From: an uncultured Clostridia bacterium
GTDB lineage: Bacteria; Bacillota; Clostridia; TANB77; CAG-508
Reading direction: 5' to 3'
Length of the DNA: 64,000 nucleotides
Assembly: GCA_947625415.1 (NCBI GenBank)
Contig: CANQOG010000001.1
Span: 97,910 to 161,909, forward strand
The notes beneath the pieces were generated by a model that made no database searches, was not told the DNA's origin, and saw only the letters and a list, made by a program, of their open reading frames with translations. Position 1 is the stretch's first letter. Each line of letters begins with the position of its first letter. This document shows, piece after piece, positions 20,560-34,660 of the stretch. A program made the translations under genes and the position numbers.

Positions 20560-22457
20560 TTATTTTTCCCCATCAATTAGAACATAGTATTGCATTTTTT
20601 CTCTCAAATCATAAAATTCTTTTTGCTCTTTTTCTAAATCCTTAGTCCAAGAAATATTGCCATCAACATCTGAACTAACTAAATAATTACTACAAGGTAA
20701 GTTATCTTTCGTTTCATATAGCCATTTATAATAACCTGATAAATTAAGTCCCATTTTGTTTATAACAGTTGTAAGTAGCATATCTGGACTTAAATATTCT
20801 AAATTTTCATCTTTACCTAAATCAAAATTAGCTAAAATTAAAGCTCCTGTGTTATATTTTCTATATGAATTTAAAAGCTCATCACCTGTATTAAAATATT
20901 TTAATTTACTTAACAAATCTTCATTTGTATCTGGATCTGATAAATATGGTAAATGATCTCCAAAAAATAGAATAATTGTAGGCTCCTCATAAGTTTGTAT
21001 AAAATCATATAATCTTCCAAGCTCTTTATCAGCATTATAGCAACTTTGAGCATAAGATTTTATAACTGATGTTTGAGCATTATTTAATGTAGATTCTTCT
21101 ATCTCAAAATCATATTTTTTATATTTTTTATCATCAAAAGGCATATGTGACTCAATTGTACAATTCATATAAAATAGTTTTTCATCCGGAGCTTTATTTT
21201 CTAAACTATCGATTGCAAAATCTATTAAATATTCATCACCTGTCCAATATCCTTTTTTGTATTTTTTATCACTTTTTTCTTCATATTCATCAATTCCAAG
21301 TCTTTTATAAACATTTTCTGAATTAAAGAAATCTCTTCCAAATACTACTTTTGTATAATATCCATTATTTTTAAGTTCTTTTATTATAGAAGCTCTATCT
21401 TCATATCTACTATTTTTATATAAAGACATAAAAGGTGTATAACCTTTTCCAAAAAAGTCTAAGCTATATCCAGTCAAAAATTCAAATTCTACATTTGCTG
21501 AAATACCACCATAAGAAGGTGAAATCATATTTACAAAAATTCCTTCATTTTTTAATCTATCATAATTAGGAGTTATTGTTTTTGAAAACTTTACATCATC
21601 TTCTATAAGGTCTATATCAAAAAATGATTCTGAAAAAGTAACTATAATATTAGACTTTTCCCAAACATTTTCTGTTTCTTTCTTATCATATTCTTCTAAA
21701 ATTTCAGCTAATTCTTCTTTATCATAATTATTAGGATTAAAAATTCTAGATTCTAATAAATCCGCATACATTCCACCTAGCATACTATATTCTGAAAAAT
21801 ATTGTATATTTTGAGTATTATGCCCATAATCTTTTGCTTTATCCTTATCATATATTTTAGTAAGCATTAGAGTCTTTACTGTTTTAGTTGGAGCAAATAA
21901 AATAATTAAAATAATTAAAGATATTAAACTTCCATAAATTCTAAAATTCTTTTTTAGCTTTATATTAAATCTATTAATTAAAAAAATCAAAAATGTTAGA
22001 ATAACTGCTAGGCAAGCAAATATTGGACTTAACTTCCATATTTCTGTTAAAATAGTTTTTTTAACGATTGAACTAATTTTTGCAAAATTTCCGTGCATAA
22101 CTAAAATCACCAAATGTCAATGGTTCATAAGTATATGTATATCTCAATTTATTTATAAATAATAATAACCAAAGAAGAATACCTTGAATTATTACGCTTC
22201 TCTTACTACTTCCGTGTCAATCCTGTTAATAAAATATGAATTAATTCTAATAAAAATAATGTTAAAATTATTGGTTTTGGTTTTAAATAATACCAAATTT
22301 CACTTGTATAATTAAAAAACAAAATCATTAATCCAAGTAAAATAGCAGGAGTAGCAATAAATAAAACTATATCTATAATTTTCTTTGTTTTAGGATTTAT
22401 CTCAAATTTTTTCTTTATATTTTCTTCTTGCTTTTCTTTTTTCATATTTTGCCTCAA
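20560..22457 (-). CDS. LtaS-family (lipoteichoic acid synthase-like) sulfatase, reconstructed across two CGG frame breaks
   Basis: ORF 22206..22457 (TM helices) and ORF 20560..22113 (TM helices plus the extracellular sulfatase domain) differ by +2. The frame between CGG 22212..22214 and CGG 22091..22093 is open (G-SSKRSVIIQGILLWLLLFINKLRYTYTYEPLTFGDFSYA-G-NFAKISS) and encodes another TM helix. 1898 nt minus 2 gives 632 codons, a typical LtaS size. Confidence 0.75.
22090..22093 (-). other. In-frame CGG frame-break site (CGGA read as Gly), LtaS-like site 2
   Basis: TAT GCA CGG AAA; +1 gives FSYA-G-NFAKISSIVKK. Confidence 0.7.
22211..22214 (-). other. In-frame CGG frame-break site (CGGA read as Gly), LtaS-like site 1
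   Basis: TTG ACA CGG AAG TAG; +1 gives GLT-G-SSKRSVIIQGILLW. Confidence 0.7.
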
Positions 22458-23419
22458 TCTTCCATATAGTTTAATTTGTTAGTAGAATTTGAACTATGTA
22501 ATAAATATTCTGACAAATTATTTAGATGTTTTTTGTAATTCATCATTTTAAATATTACACTTAAATCCTGATGATATTGTATATTATTTTCAATATCAAT
22601 TCTATTTCTTATGTGAAGTAAATAATTTTCAATAAGTGAAAAAATGTATTTGTTTTTTAACATAAAATTATATTTTCTATCTAATAATATATATTCATAT
22701 TCTTTATTAAATTCATCAATAAATTCTTCTGAATATTTTTTAGGATTATTTACTGCAAAATAATATAATTTATCATTTAAAAAATTTCTAAATAGCCATA
22801 CATAATTTATTACTTCTGAATTTCTTTGACTAATATGTTTAGAATATACAAAATATTTTTTATTTTCATCTACATAAGTTTTTATCTTATCATTAATTTT
22901 AAGAATATTACACGCCTCTACTTCGGAAAATATATCAATTATATTTGAATAATCACTTTCATAATCAGGATAACGACCATCTCTATCTTCAATATAAAAC
23001 CCATTTGAAACAATTTTTTCATTTAATACATAAATATTTGCAATTGTTTCAAACTCTCTATACATCATTATCTCAAACTCTTTGATAATGCATTCCTTTT
23101 TCTGTTTAAAATTTAGAGAAAAATTTTTTAATTCTCTATATTCATTAACCATATAATATTTTAAGCTCTTTGTATTAAAATCATATTTAGCATAAATAGA
23201 ATGATATTTATCTATTTTTTTAAAACTTTTAATATTATTTTCTAAATTATATATATTTTTATCTAACATATCTAAAGCATTTTCATAACCTACTATAGGT
23301 TCTATATAATTAGCTTTATCAAATAAAAAATTAATTACAAATGTTTTTAAAAAGTTTTCTGGATTAGTTTTAATAAAGAAATTTTCTAATTTCTTTATTA
23401 TTAAAATTTTGTCTATCAT
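22454..23419 (-). CDS. Hypothetical protein (orphan, Asn/Lys/Tyr-rich)
   Basis: 321-aa ORF. Its stop overlaps the start of the LtaS-like gene (ATGA). No recognisable domain. Confidence 0.5.
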   Translation of the reverse strand: MIDKILIIKKLENFFIKTNPENFLKTFVINFLFDKANYIEPIVGYENALDMLDKNIYNLENNIKSFKKIDKYHSIYAKYDFNTKSLKYYMVNEYRELKNFSLNFKQKKECIIKEFEIMMYREFETIANIYVLNEKIVSNGFYIEDRDGRYPDYESDYSNIIDIFSEVEACNILKINDKIKTYVDENKKYFVYSKHISQRNSEVINYVWLFRNFLNDKLYYFAVNNPKKYSEEFIDEFNKEYEYILLDRKYNFMLKNKYIFSLIENYLLHIRNRIDIENNIQYHQDLSVIFKMMNYKKHLNNLSEYLLHSSNSTNKLNYMED

Positions 23420-23433
23420 ACTTTTAACTCCTG

Positions 23434-24504
23434 TTAATTATCATAATACATGTCATCATCTTGTTCATATTCATAAATTCTAGATTCAAATTGCTCTAAA
23501 GTAGGATTTCCCATTACTGATACATCATATACAAATTCAGGATTATAATAATACGATTCATCTGGATCAACCCAATTATGTAATGTTGGATCTTCCCATG
23601 GATATCTATCCTCTGTACATAGGAAATATGGTACTTTATCTTTTTGACATAAACTAGCCATTTTACAAATAGAAGATAAACCATCAAAATCAGCAAGAAT
23701 TATAGAAAATTCAGCTTCATTAGCCATTTTAGCAGCTGTCTGTACAGTAGGGCAAGCTATCCTATTTACCTTCCCAACTTTATAGCCCTCTAATGTTTTT
23801 CGGGTTTCATAATACTCATCTTCAACCAAATCTCTTTCATAAAATCCATTTGCGCAAGCCGCAATATGGCATTCATAACCTTGTCTTTCTAATATATCAA
23901 TAACTTTTGGAATAAGTTCATGTAATATTTTGTTAGAACCACAACCATAAACTCCAGATGTATCAATAAAAAACTGAACATATCTTGCATCTCTTAAATC
24001 ATATTTATCACCTAACAATTTATAATTTTGATATTTTAACATATGTTTAAGCATTTGTTTTTTATCATAAGTTTCCGAACCATCTTCTTTATCCATTCCA
24101 GCATGTCCAGCTGCAATTTTCTTTATAATTTCAAGTATATATTTTTTTAAATACTCTTCTTTATTTGTACGTCTAAAATCTTCTTGTCTTTTCTTTTTTT
24201 CTTCAAATATTTTTTCAACAACATGTTGTAAATCTTCTGAAGTAGTTTTTGAGTTTCTATTGTTCTCCTTGTTTATATTTTCACCACCATCTATAGAGTT
24301 TGGAGAATCTTTAATTTCTTTAGATGCTTCATCTCCACCATGTTTATCTTCTGTAGTTTTTGATGTAGCAGGAGCAACATCTTGTGTTTTTGGAGCATCT
24401 TCTGGTGATTCAATAGAATCATTTTTTTTACGATTTTGAATTTCTTTTTTCGCCTGTTGTTCAAGCTCTGCAAATATTTTATCTATATCATATCGAAAAG
24501 CCAC
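23434..24504 (-). CDS. Hypothetical protein with a disordered Lys/Glu-rich N-terminus and a possible VWA/Rossmann-like C-terminal domain
   Basis: 356-aa ORF directly downstream of the AAA+ gene. FFIDTSGV resembles an imperfect MIDAS DxSxS motif. The domain call is weak. Confidence 0.45.
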   Translation of the reverse strand: MAFRYDIDKIFAELEQQAKKEIQNRKKNDSIESPEDAPKTQDVAPATSKTTEDKHGGDEASKEIKDSPNSIDGGENINKENNRNSKTTSEDLQHVVEKIFEEKKKRQEDFRRTNKEEYLKKYILEIIKKIAAGHAGMDKEDGSETYDKKQMLKHMLKYQNYKLLGDKYDLRDARYVQFFIDTSGVYGCGSNKILHELIPKVIDILERQGYECHIAACANGFYERDLVEDEYYETRKTLEGYKVGKVNRIACPTVQTAAKMANEAEFSIILADFDGLSSICKMASLCQKDKVPYFLCTEDRYPWEDPTLHNWVDPDESYYYNPEFVYDVSVMGNPTLEQFESRIYEYEQDDDMYYDN

Positions 24505-24515
24505 TATTATTCCCC

Positions 24516-25796
24516 CTAATAAGCATCTCTATCATCGTCATCATACTCTTCATCTGTACTATATTCCTGTTCAACTTCACCTGTTAATAATGATTGTAAT
24601 GTACTTTTAGAATTAGAATTCAAATAAATAAACATATTGCCTTTATTCATTGCCATTCTAAACATTTGATTTTCCACTATTTTTATTCCAAACCTTGTAC
24701 CATCTTTTTTATCTTTATTTCCAGCCCATATAATATCATTTGATTGCATCTCTTCATCTGGTAAAGAATATTCAAACCATCCCATATAGCTATTACAATC
24801 TTCACTAAGGTCCATATATTTATTTGCTGTTCTTAATTGTTCTATCGTATCTATATATACATAAAATTTTTGTTTATCATTACTTATATTTGCTCTAAAA
24901 CCAGCTTTATTACCTTCTTGAAAAATCTTTAACCATCCTTGGCAGTTTTCAGAATTAATAGTAATATAACATCTTTCCAAATCTGGTAATTCAAATTCCA
25001 AATCATTACTCTTTATTTCAGCAACACGTTGTAAATCAGCCAATGACATTACTTCTAGTTCATCTAAATCAATATATTGAGCTAAAGCCTCTTCATCTAT
25101 TTCTGTTTCCAAAACTTCTAAATCTTCAAGATATTGTCTAGCTTGTCTTATAGAAAAGTTAGGACATTTATCATAAATATAACCTAAATAATGATCTTCA
25201 GGTAAACCTAATATTTCCAAAAATAAATTCTTACTTGGTCTAGGAACCTCAACTTTTTTGCATCTATTTATTAAAGCTTCATCTATTTCTCTTTTGTCAT
25301 TTGATGTAATAAAAGTATAAATAGGAAACTTTCCTTTCTCATATGTATCTGTTCCCGTTGTTAATCTTCCATTTTCCAAAAAATCTAATAAAAAGGAATC
25401 TACTTCTGGTCTTGCTTTATCTAATTCATCTATAACTAAAACTACAGGACTTTTTTGAGATTGTTGCAATGCTTGTAATAATATACCTGCTTTTATTGAT
25501 CTTTCTGCATCTTGTTTCATTATGCCTTCTATATTTACATCATATTGAAAATTCTCAGTTCCCATTCTTGGAAAGCATTGTACAAATTTTTCATCAGCAC
25601 CTATCATTTTAGAAAACGTTTCAGCTAAAAATGTTTTTCCAGCTCCAGATTTTCCTTGTAATAATAATGTTGGAATACTTTTTTTATCTCTTTTTCCTGC
25701 CGCCTCAAATAATAATACTATTTTGGCCAAATCCATTGAAGCAAAATATCCTACTTCTTTTAATCTTGATTGAGTTTCCTGTATTTTATCTGACAT
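24516..25796 (-). CDS. AAA+ ATPase (MoxR/AAA_5-like) with an uncharacterised C-terminal domain of about 200 aa
   Basis: Walker A GKSGAGKT, Walker B VLVIDELDKA, sensor-1 FITSN, and an Arg in ALINRC. The C-terminal half and the acidic tail are unassigned. Confidence 0.7.
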   Translation of the reverse strand: MSDKIQETQSRLKEVGYFASMDLAKIVLLFEAAGKRDKKSIPTLLLQGKSGAGKTFLAETFSKMIGADEKFVQCFPRMGTENFQYDVNIEGIMKQDAERSIKAGILLQALQQSQKSPVVLVIDELDKARPEVDSFLLDFLENGRLTTGTDTYEKGKFPIYTFITSNDKREIDEALINRCKKVEVPRPSKNLFLEILGLPEDHYLGYIYDKCPNFSIRQARQYLEDLEVLETEIDEEALAQYIDLDELEVMSLADLQRVAEIKSNDLEFELPDLERCYITINSENCQGWLKIFQEGNKAGFRANISNDKQKFYVYIDTIEQLRTANKYMDLSEDCNSYMGWFEYSLPDEEMQSNDIIWAGNKDKKDGTRFGIKIVENQMFRMAMNKGNMFIYLNSNSKSTLQSLLTGEVEQEYSTDEEYDDDDRDAY

Positions 25797-25953
25797 AATT
25801 AAGCTCCTTTTATATTCAATTTTTAAAAATAATCTTTTTCATAATTAAGAATATCATAATGAAAATAAAATATCAATAAATAGTTTTAAGTTTCAATATT
25901 TTTTAGTCCAAAAATTTATCCAAAAAATTTTATAAAATCGGCATTTTAACAGT

Positions 25954-25990
25954 AAAAAAGCCATTGGAGGCAATATATTATCGCCCCCAA
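25954..25990 (-). terminator. Terminator after rpoC
   Basis: The minus strand has a TTGGGGGC-gataatatatt-GCCTCCAA hairpin (one G-U pair), then tggc and TTTTTT. Confidence 0.6.
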
Positions 25991-26010
25991 CAAATATTTA
26001 TTATTAAATA

Positions 26011-29000
26011 TTAAGAATTTATAGTTGCTTCTGAACTTACTGTAGCAGTTTCTCCGCTATCTACTTTAATTTTTTGATATTTCTTTAATCCAGTTCCAGC
26101 TGGAATTAATTTACCAATCAAAACATTTTCTTTTAATCCAATTAAATTATCAACTTTGCCTTTGATAGCAGCATCTGTTAATACTTTTGTTGTCTCTTGG
26201 AAAGATGCAGCAGATAAGAAACTTTCTGTTGCAATGGCAGCTTTAGTAATACCAAGTAATACTCTCTTACCAGTAGCAGGTTTCTTTCCTTGTTCAACTA
26301 ACTCTTTATTAACATTCTCAAATTCTATCATATCAACTAAAGATGCAGCATAAAATCCGCTGTCTCCAGTATCTTCAACTCTAATCTTTCTCAACATTTG
26401 TCTTGTTATAGTTTCAATATGTTTATCGTTGATATCAACACCTTGGTTTCTATAAACTTTTTGAACTTCAGCAATTATATATCTATAAACACCTTCAGGT
26501 CCTTTAATTGGAAGTAACTCATTAGGATTTACAGAACCTTCTGTTAATTGGTCACCAGCTTCAACAACATCTCCTGGTTTAACTCTTAATTTAGAACCAA
26601 AGCTTACAATATAAGTCTTACTATTGTCTTTACTTGTAATTGTAACTTCTTTTCTCTTCTTATTATCTTGAATTGAAACTACACCACCAATTTCAGTAAT
26701 TGTAGCAACACCTTTAGGGTTTCTAGCTTCAAATAACTCTTCAACTCTAGGAAGACCTTGTGTAATATCTCCACCTGCAACACCACCAGAGTGGAATGTT
26801 CTCATAGTAAGCTGTGTACCAGGCTCACCAATTGATTGAGCAGCGATAATACCAACAGACTCACCCATATTTACAAGTTCACGTGTAGCTAATCCCATTC
26901 CATAACATTTTCTACAAGCACCATGTTTACTTCTACATCCAAGAACTGAACGAACATATAGTCCTTTAATTCCACTATCAACTATCTTTTTAGCAACTTC
27001 GTCTGTCATCATTACATCTGGTGTAGCCAAAACTTCACCAGTTTCAGGGTGTTTAACAACCTCTAATGGAAATCTTCCAACTAATCTTTCATCTAACTTT
27101 TCTAATACTTGATTTCCATCTTTAATATCTTCTACATAAATTCCTTCATGTGTTCCACAGTCTTCTTCACGAATAACTATATCTTGTGATACATCAACTA
27201 ATCTTCTTGTTAAGTATCCAGAGTCAGCAGTTCTTAAAGCAGTATCTGTTAAACCTTTTCTAGCACCATGTGAAGATACGAAATATTCTAGTGTATCTAG
27301 ACCTTCACGGAAGCAAGATTTAACTGGAATTTCAACAGCTTTACCAGAAGTATTTGCCATAAGTCCACGCATACCAGCAATTTGTCTTAACTGATTCATA
27401 TTACCTCTGGCACCAGATTGAGCCATCATAAATATTGGGTTTAATTCATCAAAGTTATTTTTCATAGCTTCTGTAACATCATCTGTAGCTTTTTCCCAAA
27501 CTTTAATAACCTCATTATATCTATCTTCTTCAGTTAATAAACCTCTTCTATAACTTTTTAATATATTTTCAACTTTCTTATCAGCTTCAGCCAAAATATC
27601 TTTTTTAGCTGGTGGAACTGAAACATCTGCAACAGAAACTGTAATAGCAGCTTTTGTTGAATAGCTATATCCAGTTGATTTAATATAATCAAGAACTTTT
27701 GCAGATTCTGATAAACCATGTTTATTTATACAGTTAGCAATAATTTTTCCTAAGTTTTTCTTTGTAACTAAGAAATCAATTTCTAAATCAAATTCTTTTT
27801 CAGGATCTGTTCTATCAACAAAACCTAAATCCTGTGGAATTCCTTGATTATAAATTAGTCTACCAACTGTAGTTTCAATTGTTTTATGTCTTACTGTACC
27901 ATCTTCATCTTCTTTAAATCTTCTTATTTTAACTTTAGAATGTAATCCAACATCACCATTTTGGTAAGCCATCATAGCTTCATCTTCATCTTTGAAATAC
28001 ATTCCTTCTCCACGTTCACCATCTATTTGAACTGTTAAATAATAAGCACCTAAAATCATATCCTGTGTTGGAACTGTAACTGGTTTACCATCTTGTGGCT
28101 TAAGCAAATTATTTACAGATAACATCAAATATCTAGCTTCTGCTTGCGCCTCTGGTGTTAATGGAACGTGAACAGCCATCTGGTCACCATCAAAGTCAGC
28201 GTTAAATGCTGTACAAACTAATGGATGAAGTTTAATAGCTCTACCTTCAACTAACACTGGTTGAAATGCTTGAATACCAAGTCTATGTAGAGTTGGCGCA
28301 CGGTTCAACATTACAGGATGGTCTTGAATAACCTCTTCTAATATATCCCATACTTCTGGTCTTAATCTTTCAACCATTCTTTTAGCATTTTTAATATTGT
28401 GAGCAATTCCTCTTGATACTAATTCCTTCATAACAAAAGGCTTAAATAACTCTACAGCCATCTCTTTTGGAAGACCGCATTGGTAAATCTTAAGTTCAGG
28501 ACCAACTACGATAACTGAACGTCCAGAGTAGTCAACACGTTTACCAAGTAAGTTTTGACGGAAACGACCTTGTTTACCTTTAAGCATATCTGATAAAGAT
28601 TTTAATGGTCTATTTCCAGCTCCTGTTACTGGTCTTCCACGTCTACCATTATCAATTAAAGCATCTACTGATTCTTGAAGCATTCTTTTCTCATTTCTAA
28701 CGATAATTTCTGGAGCTCCAAGTTCTAATAATCTCTTTAATCTGTTATTTCTATTTATAACTCTTCTATATAAATCGTTTAAATCAGATGTAGCAAATCT
28801 ACCACCATCTAATTGAACCATAGGTCTTAAATCTGGTGGAATTACTGGGATAACATTCATTATCATCCATTCTGGTTTATTTCCAGATAACCTAAAACTT
28901 TCTACAGTATCTAATCTTTTTACAATTTTTGCTTTTCTTTGTTCACTAGCTTTTTCTAAGTCTTTCTTTAATTTATTAGATAATTTTTCAACATCAATTT

Positions 29001-29544
29001 CAGCTAAAAGTTTTTGAATTGCTTCAGCTCCCATTTCAGCCTTAAAACTATCTTTTCCATATTTTTCTATAGCTTCAACATATTCTTTTTCATTTAATAT
29101 TTGGTTTTTCTCTAAACCTGAAGTTCCTTTATCAACTACTATATATGAAGCAAAGTAGATAACTTTTTCTAGATTTCTAGGACTAATATCTAACATTAAA
29201 GCTACTCTACTAGGAATTCCTTTAAAATACCAAATATGAGCTATTGGAGCAGCAAGCTCGATATGTCCCATTCTTTCACGTCTTACTTTTGATGTAGTAA
29301 CTTCAACACCACATCTATCACAAACTATTCCTTTATATCTAACTCTTTTATATTTACCACAATGACATTCCCAGTCTTTTGTTGGACCAAATATTTTTTC
29401 ACAAAATAGTCCATCTTTTTCTGGTTTAAGAGTTCTATAATTGATAGTTTCTGGCTTTTTAACTTCTCCATGAGACCAGCTTCTAATTTTCTCATCTGAA
29501 GCTAAACCTATTTGAATTTTATTAAAATTTTCTAATTCTTCCAT
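26011..29544 (-). CDS. rpoC: DNA-directed RNA polymerase subunit beta-prime
   Basis: Uninterrupted 1177-aa ORF with the NADFDGD catalytic motif, zinc-binding Cys clusters and bridge/trigger regions. The SD AAGGAGG lies upstream. It contains no frame-0 CGG. Confidence 0.97.
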   Translation of the reverse strand: MEELENFNKIQIGLASDEKIRSWSHGEVKKPETINYRTLKPEKDGLFCEKIFGPTKDWECHCGKYKRVRYKGIVCDRCGVEVTTSKVRRERMGHIELAAPIAHIWYFKGIPSRVALMLDISPRNLEKVIYFASYIVVDKGTSGLEKNQILNEKEYVEAIEKYGKDSFKAEMGAEAIQKLLAEIDVEKLSNKLKKDLEKASEQRKAKIVKRLDTVESFRLSGNKPEWMIMNVIPVIPPDLRPMVQLDGGRFATSDLNDLYRRVINRNNRLKRLLELGAPEIIVRNEKRMLQESVDALIDNGRRGRPVTGAGNRPLKSLSDMLKGKQGRFRQNLLGKRVDYSGRSVIVVGPELKIYQCGLPKEMAVELFKPFVMKELVSRGIAHNIKNAKRMVERLRPEVWDILEEVIQDHPVMLNRAPTLHRLGIQAFQPVLVEGRAIKLHPLVCTAFNADFDGDQMAVHVPLTPEAQAEARYLMLSVNNLLKPQDGKPVTVPTQDMILGAYYLTVQIDGERGEGMYFKDEDEAMMAYQNGDVGLHSKVKIRRFKEDEDGTVRHKTIETTVGRLIYNQGIPQDLGFVDRTDPEKEFDLEIDFLVTKKNLGKIIANCINKHGLSESAKVLDYIKSTGYSYSTKAAITVSVADVSVPPAKKDILAEADKKVENILKSYRRGLLTEEDRYNEVIKVWEKATDDVTEAMKNNFDELNPIFMMAQSGARGNMNQLRQIAGMRGLMANTSGKAVEIPVKSCFREGLDTLEYFVSSHGARKGLTDTALRTADSGYLTRRLVDVSQDIVIREEDCGTHEGIYVEDIKDGNQVLEKLDERLVGRFPLEVVKHPETGEVLATPDVMMTDEVAKKIVDSGIKGLYVRSVLGCRSKHGACRKCYGMGLATRELVNMGESVGIIAAQSIGEPGTQLTMRTFHSGGVAGGDITQGLPRVEELFEARNPKGVATITEIGGVVSIQDNKKRKEVTITSKDNSKTYIVSFGSKLRVKPGDVVEAGDQLTEGSVNPNELLPIKGPEGVYRYIIAEVQKVYRNQGVDINDKHIETITRQMLRKIRVEDTGDSGFYAASLVDMIEFENVNKELVEQGKKPATGKRVLLGITKAAIATESFLSAASFQETTKVLTDAAIKGKVDNLIGLKENVLIGKLIPAGTGLKKYQKIKVDSGETATVSSEATINS

Positions 29545-29558
29545 GAATTAGCCTCCTT

Positions 29559-33296
<3,738 letters not shown>

Positions 33297-33367
33297 ATTC
33301 CTTCCTTTTATTAAATTTTAGCAGGATTAAATGTTTTCACGGAAAGTCCCTCTTGCGAAGAATAATT

Positions 33368-33396
33368 ATTATACTACTTCAAAATCCCTGCTACAA
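33368..33396 (-). promoter_or_regulatory. Putative sigma-A promoter for rpoBC
   Basis: The minus strand reads TTGTAG, 17 nt, then TATAAT, about 70 nt upstream of the rpoB ATG. Confidence 0.35.
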
Positions 33397-33494
33397 AATC
33401 TTGGAGTAATATAGTTCCTATTCCACCAATTCCTCTAACCGTAAATAATAGAAAAAAATTTGTTTGAAATTAAAATCATACTATTTAAGTATAT

Positions 33495-33529
33495 AAAAAA
33501 TTGCCAAGAAAGTCAAGCTTTTTTGGCAA
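33495..33529 (-). terminator. Terminator after ORF 33563..34054, upstream of the rpoB promoter
   Basis: The minus strand has a TTGCCAA...TTGGCAA hairpin followed by TTTTTTATAT. Confidence 0.55.
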
Positions 33530-33562
33530 CTTTGTTACAAAAATATTACAATTTTATTAATT

Positions 33563-34054
33563 TTATTTTTTATTAAAAATTTTATAGAAAAATTCTTTAA
33601 TTTTTTGAATTAAATTACTCATAAATCCACCTTTATATTCAACTAAAGATTCATCTTTTTCTACACGTTTATTATTTTCAAAGGTTTGATTTTGCTGAGT
33701 TAAATTTTCTTCTTCCTTAACATCATTAAAAATATTATCTGGATTATATTTTTGTCTTAATTCCTCATCATATTTTTTCTGATTATCTTTTAAAATATTT
33801 CTAAATTCTTCTTCCTCTTTTGGTGTTGACCAATATTTTAAATAAAGAATTGAAAGTAAACCTTTTGTTTCTGGAAGTAAATTCATTTCTTTAATCTTTT
33901 TTGATGAATCTATTTCAGGTTTATATGTTTTTGATTGATTTTCCTTCAAAAATTTCATTAACTTTTTTGGAATTTTTGCTTCATATTCTGGTTCAGAGCA
34001 TTCTAAAATTGCTAAAACCTCTGATATACCATTTTCATATTCTTGACTAACCAT
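33563..34054 (-). CDS. Hypothetical protein, paralog of the hidden ORF 17426..17705
   Basis: 163-aa ORF with a terminator hairpin downstream. Its N-terminal half aligns with the 92-aa reconstructed product of 17426..17705. Confidence 0.5.
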   Translation of the reverse strand: MVSQEYENGISEVLAILECSEPEYEAKIPKKLMKFLKENQSKTYKPEIDSSKKIKEMNLLPETKGLLSILYLKYWSTPKEEEEFRNILKDNQKKYDEELRQKYNPDNIFNDVKEEENLTQQNQTFENNKRVEKDESLVEYKGGFMSNLIQKIKEFFYKIFNKK

Positions 34055-34194
34055 AATAATAACATCCTTTGTAAAATATTCTAGAAATATTATAAATATA
34101 TTTTAAAAAATTTGCAATATAATTTGAAATTTTTTTTATTTTATGTTATAGTATATTTATATTAAAATTAATTTTGAAAGGAAAATAATTAATT

Positions 34195-34617
34195 ATGGTT
34201 ATTGATTTTGAACGATCTACAATAAATATTATAAGAGAATTTCAAACCAATATGAAAAATTTAATAGCTGACTATCCTAACTTTGATTTTGAATCTGCTA
34301 TTAAATATCTTCAAACTGGTGAAAAATCTGATAATATTCCAGATGAAGCTTACGAAAAAATAGAAAAAATAGACGAGTTAAGAAAAAAAGCTATTAAAAA
34401 TGAGATGAGAAGGGCTGCAGCTCAAGCTAACTTAAAAGGTGAACAACTTGACCCAAAATTTTTAGATGGTACTGATTATACATTTTGTTTTAATCCAGAT
34501 GTATATGAAAAATATCCAAAATTTGCTATTTATAATTTTGTTCAATTTGGCCCACCAATTCCTACTAGAAACCCTGACAAAGAAGAGAATAAAGACTCTT
34601 CTAGTATAAGAGAATAA
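34195..34617 (+). CDS. Hypothetical protein
   Basis: 140-aa ORF with the SD GAAAGGAAAA upstream and a strong terminator downstream. Confidence 0.5.
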   Translation: MVIDFERSTINIIREFQTNMKNLIADYPNFDFESAIKYLQTGEKSDNIPDEAYEKIEKIDELRKKAIKNEMRRAAAQANLKGEQLDPKFLDGTDYTFCFNPDVYEKYPKFAIYNFVQFGPPIPTRNPDKEENKDSSSIRE

Positions 34618-34657
34618 TAAAAAGTCTCCTCTTTACTTTAAGAGGAGATTTTTTTAT
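34618..34657. terminator. Bidirectional terminator between 34195..34617 and 34661..36436
   Basis: TCTCCTCTT-tacttt-AAGAGGAGA hairpin followed by a T-run of 8, with an A-run on the other side. Confidence 0.75.
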
Positions 34658-34660
34658 ATT

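Noticed and set aside
23514-24473. Minus-strand alternative-frame ORFs 23514..23696 and 24291..24473. The same applies to 4698..4910, 50847..51104 and 54363..54557.
   Set aside because: They are nested in other frames of longer, better-supported genes and have compositionally biased translations.
23434-24504. A confident VWA-domain call for the AAA+ partner protein
   Set aside because: The putative MIDAS motif is DTSGV rather than DxSxS, and I cannot verify the fold. It is kept only as a low-confidence possibility.
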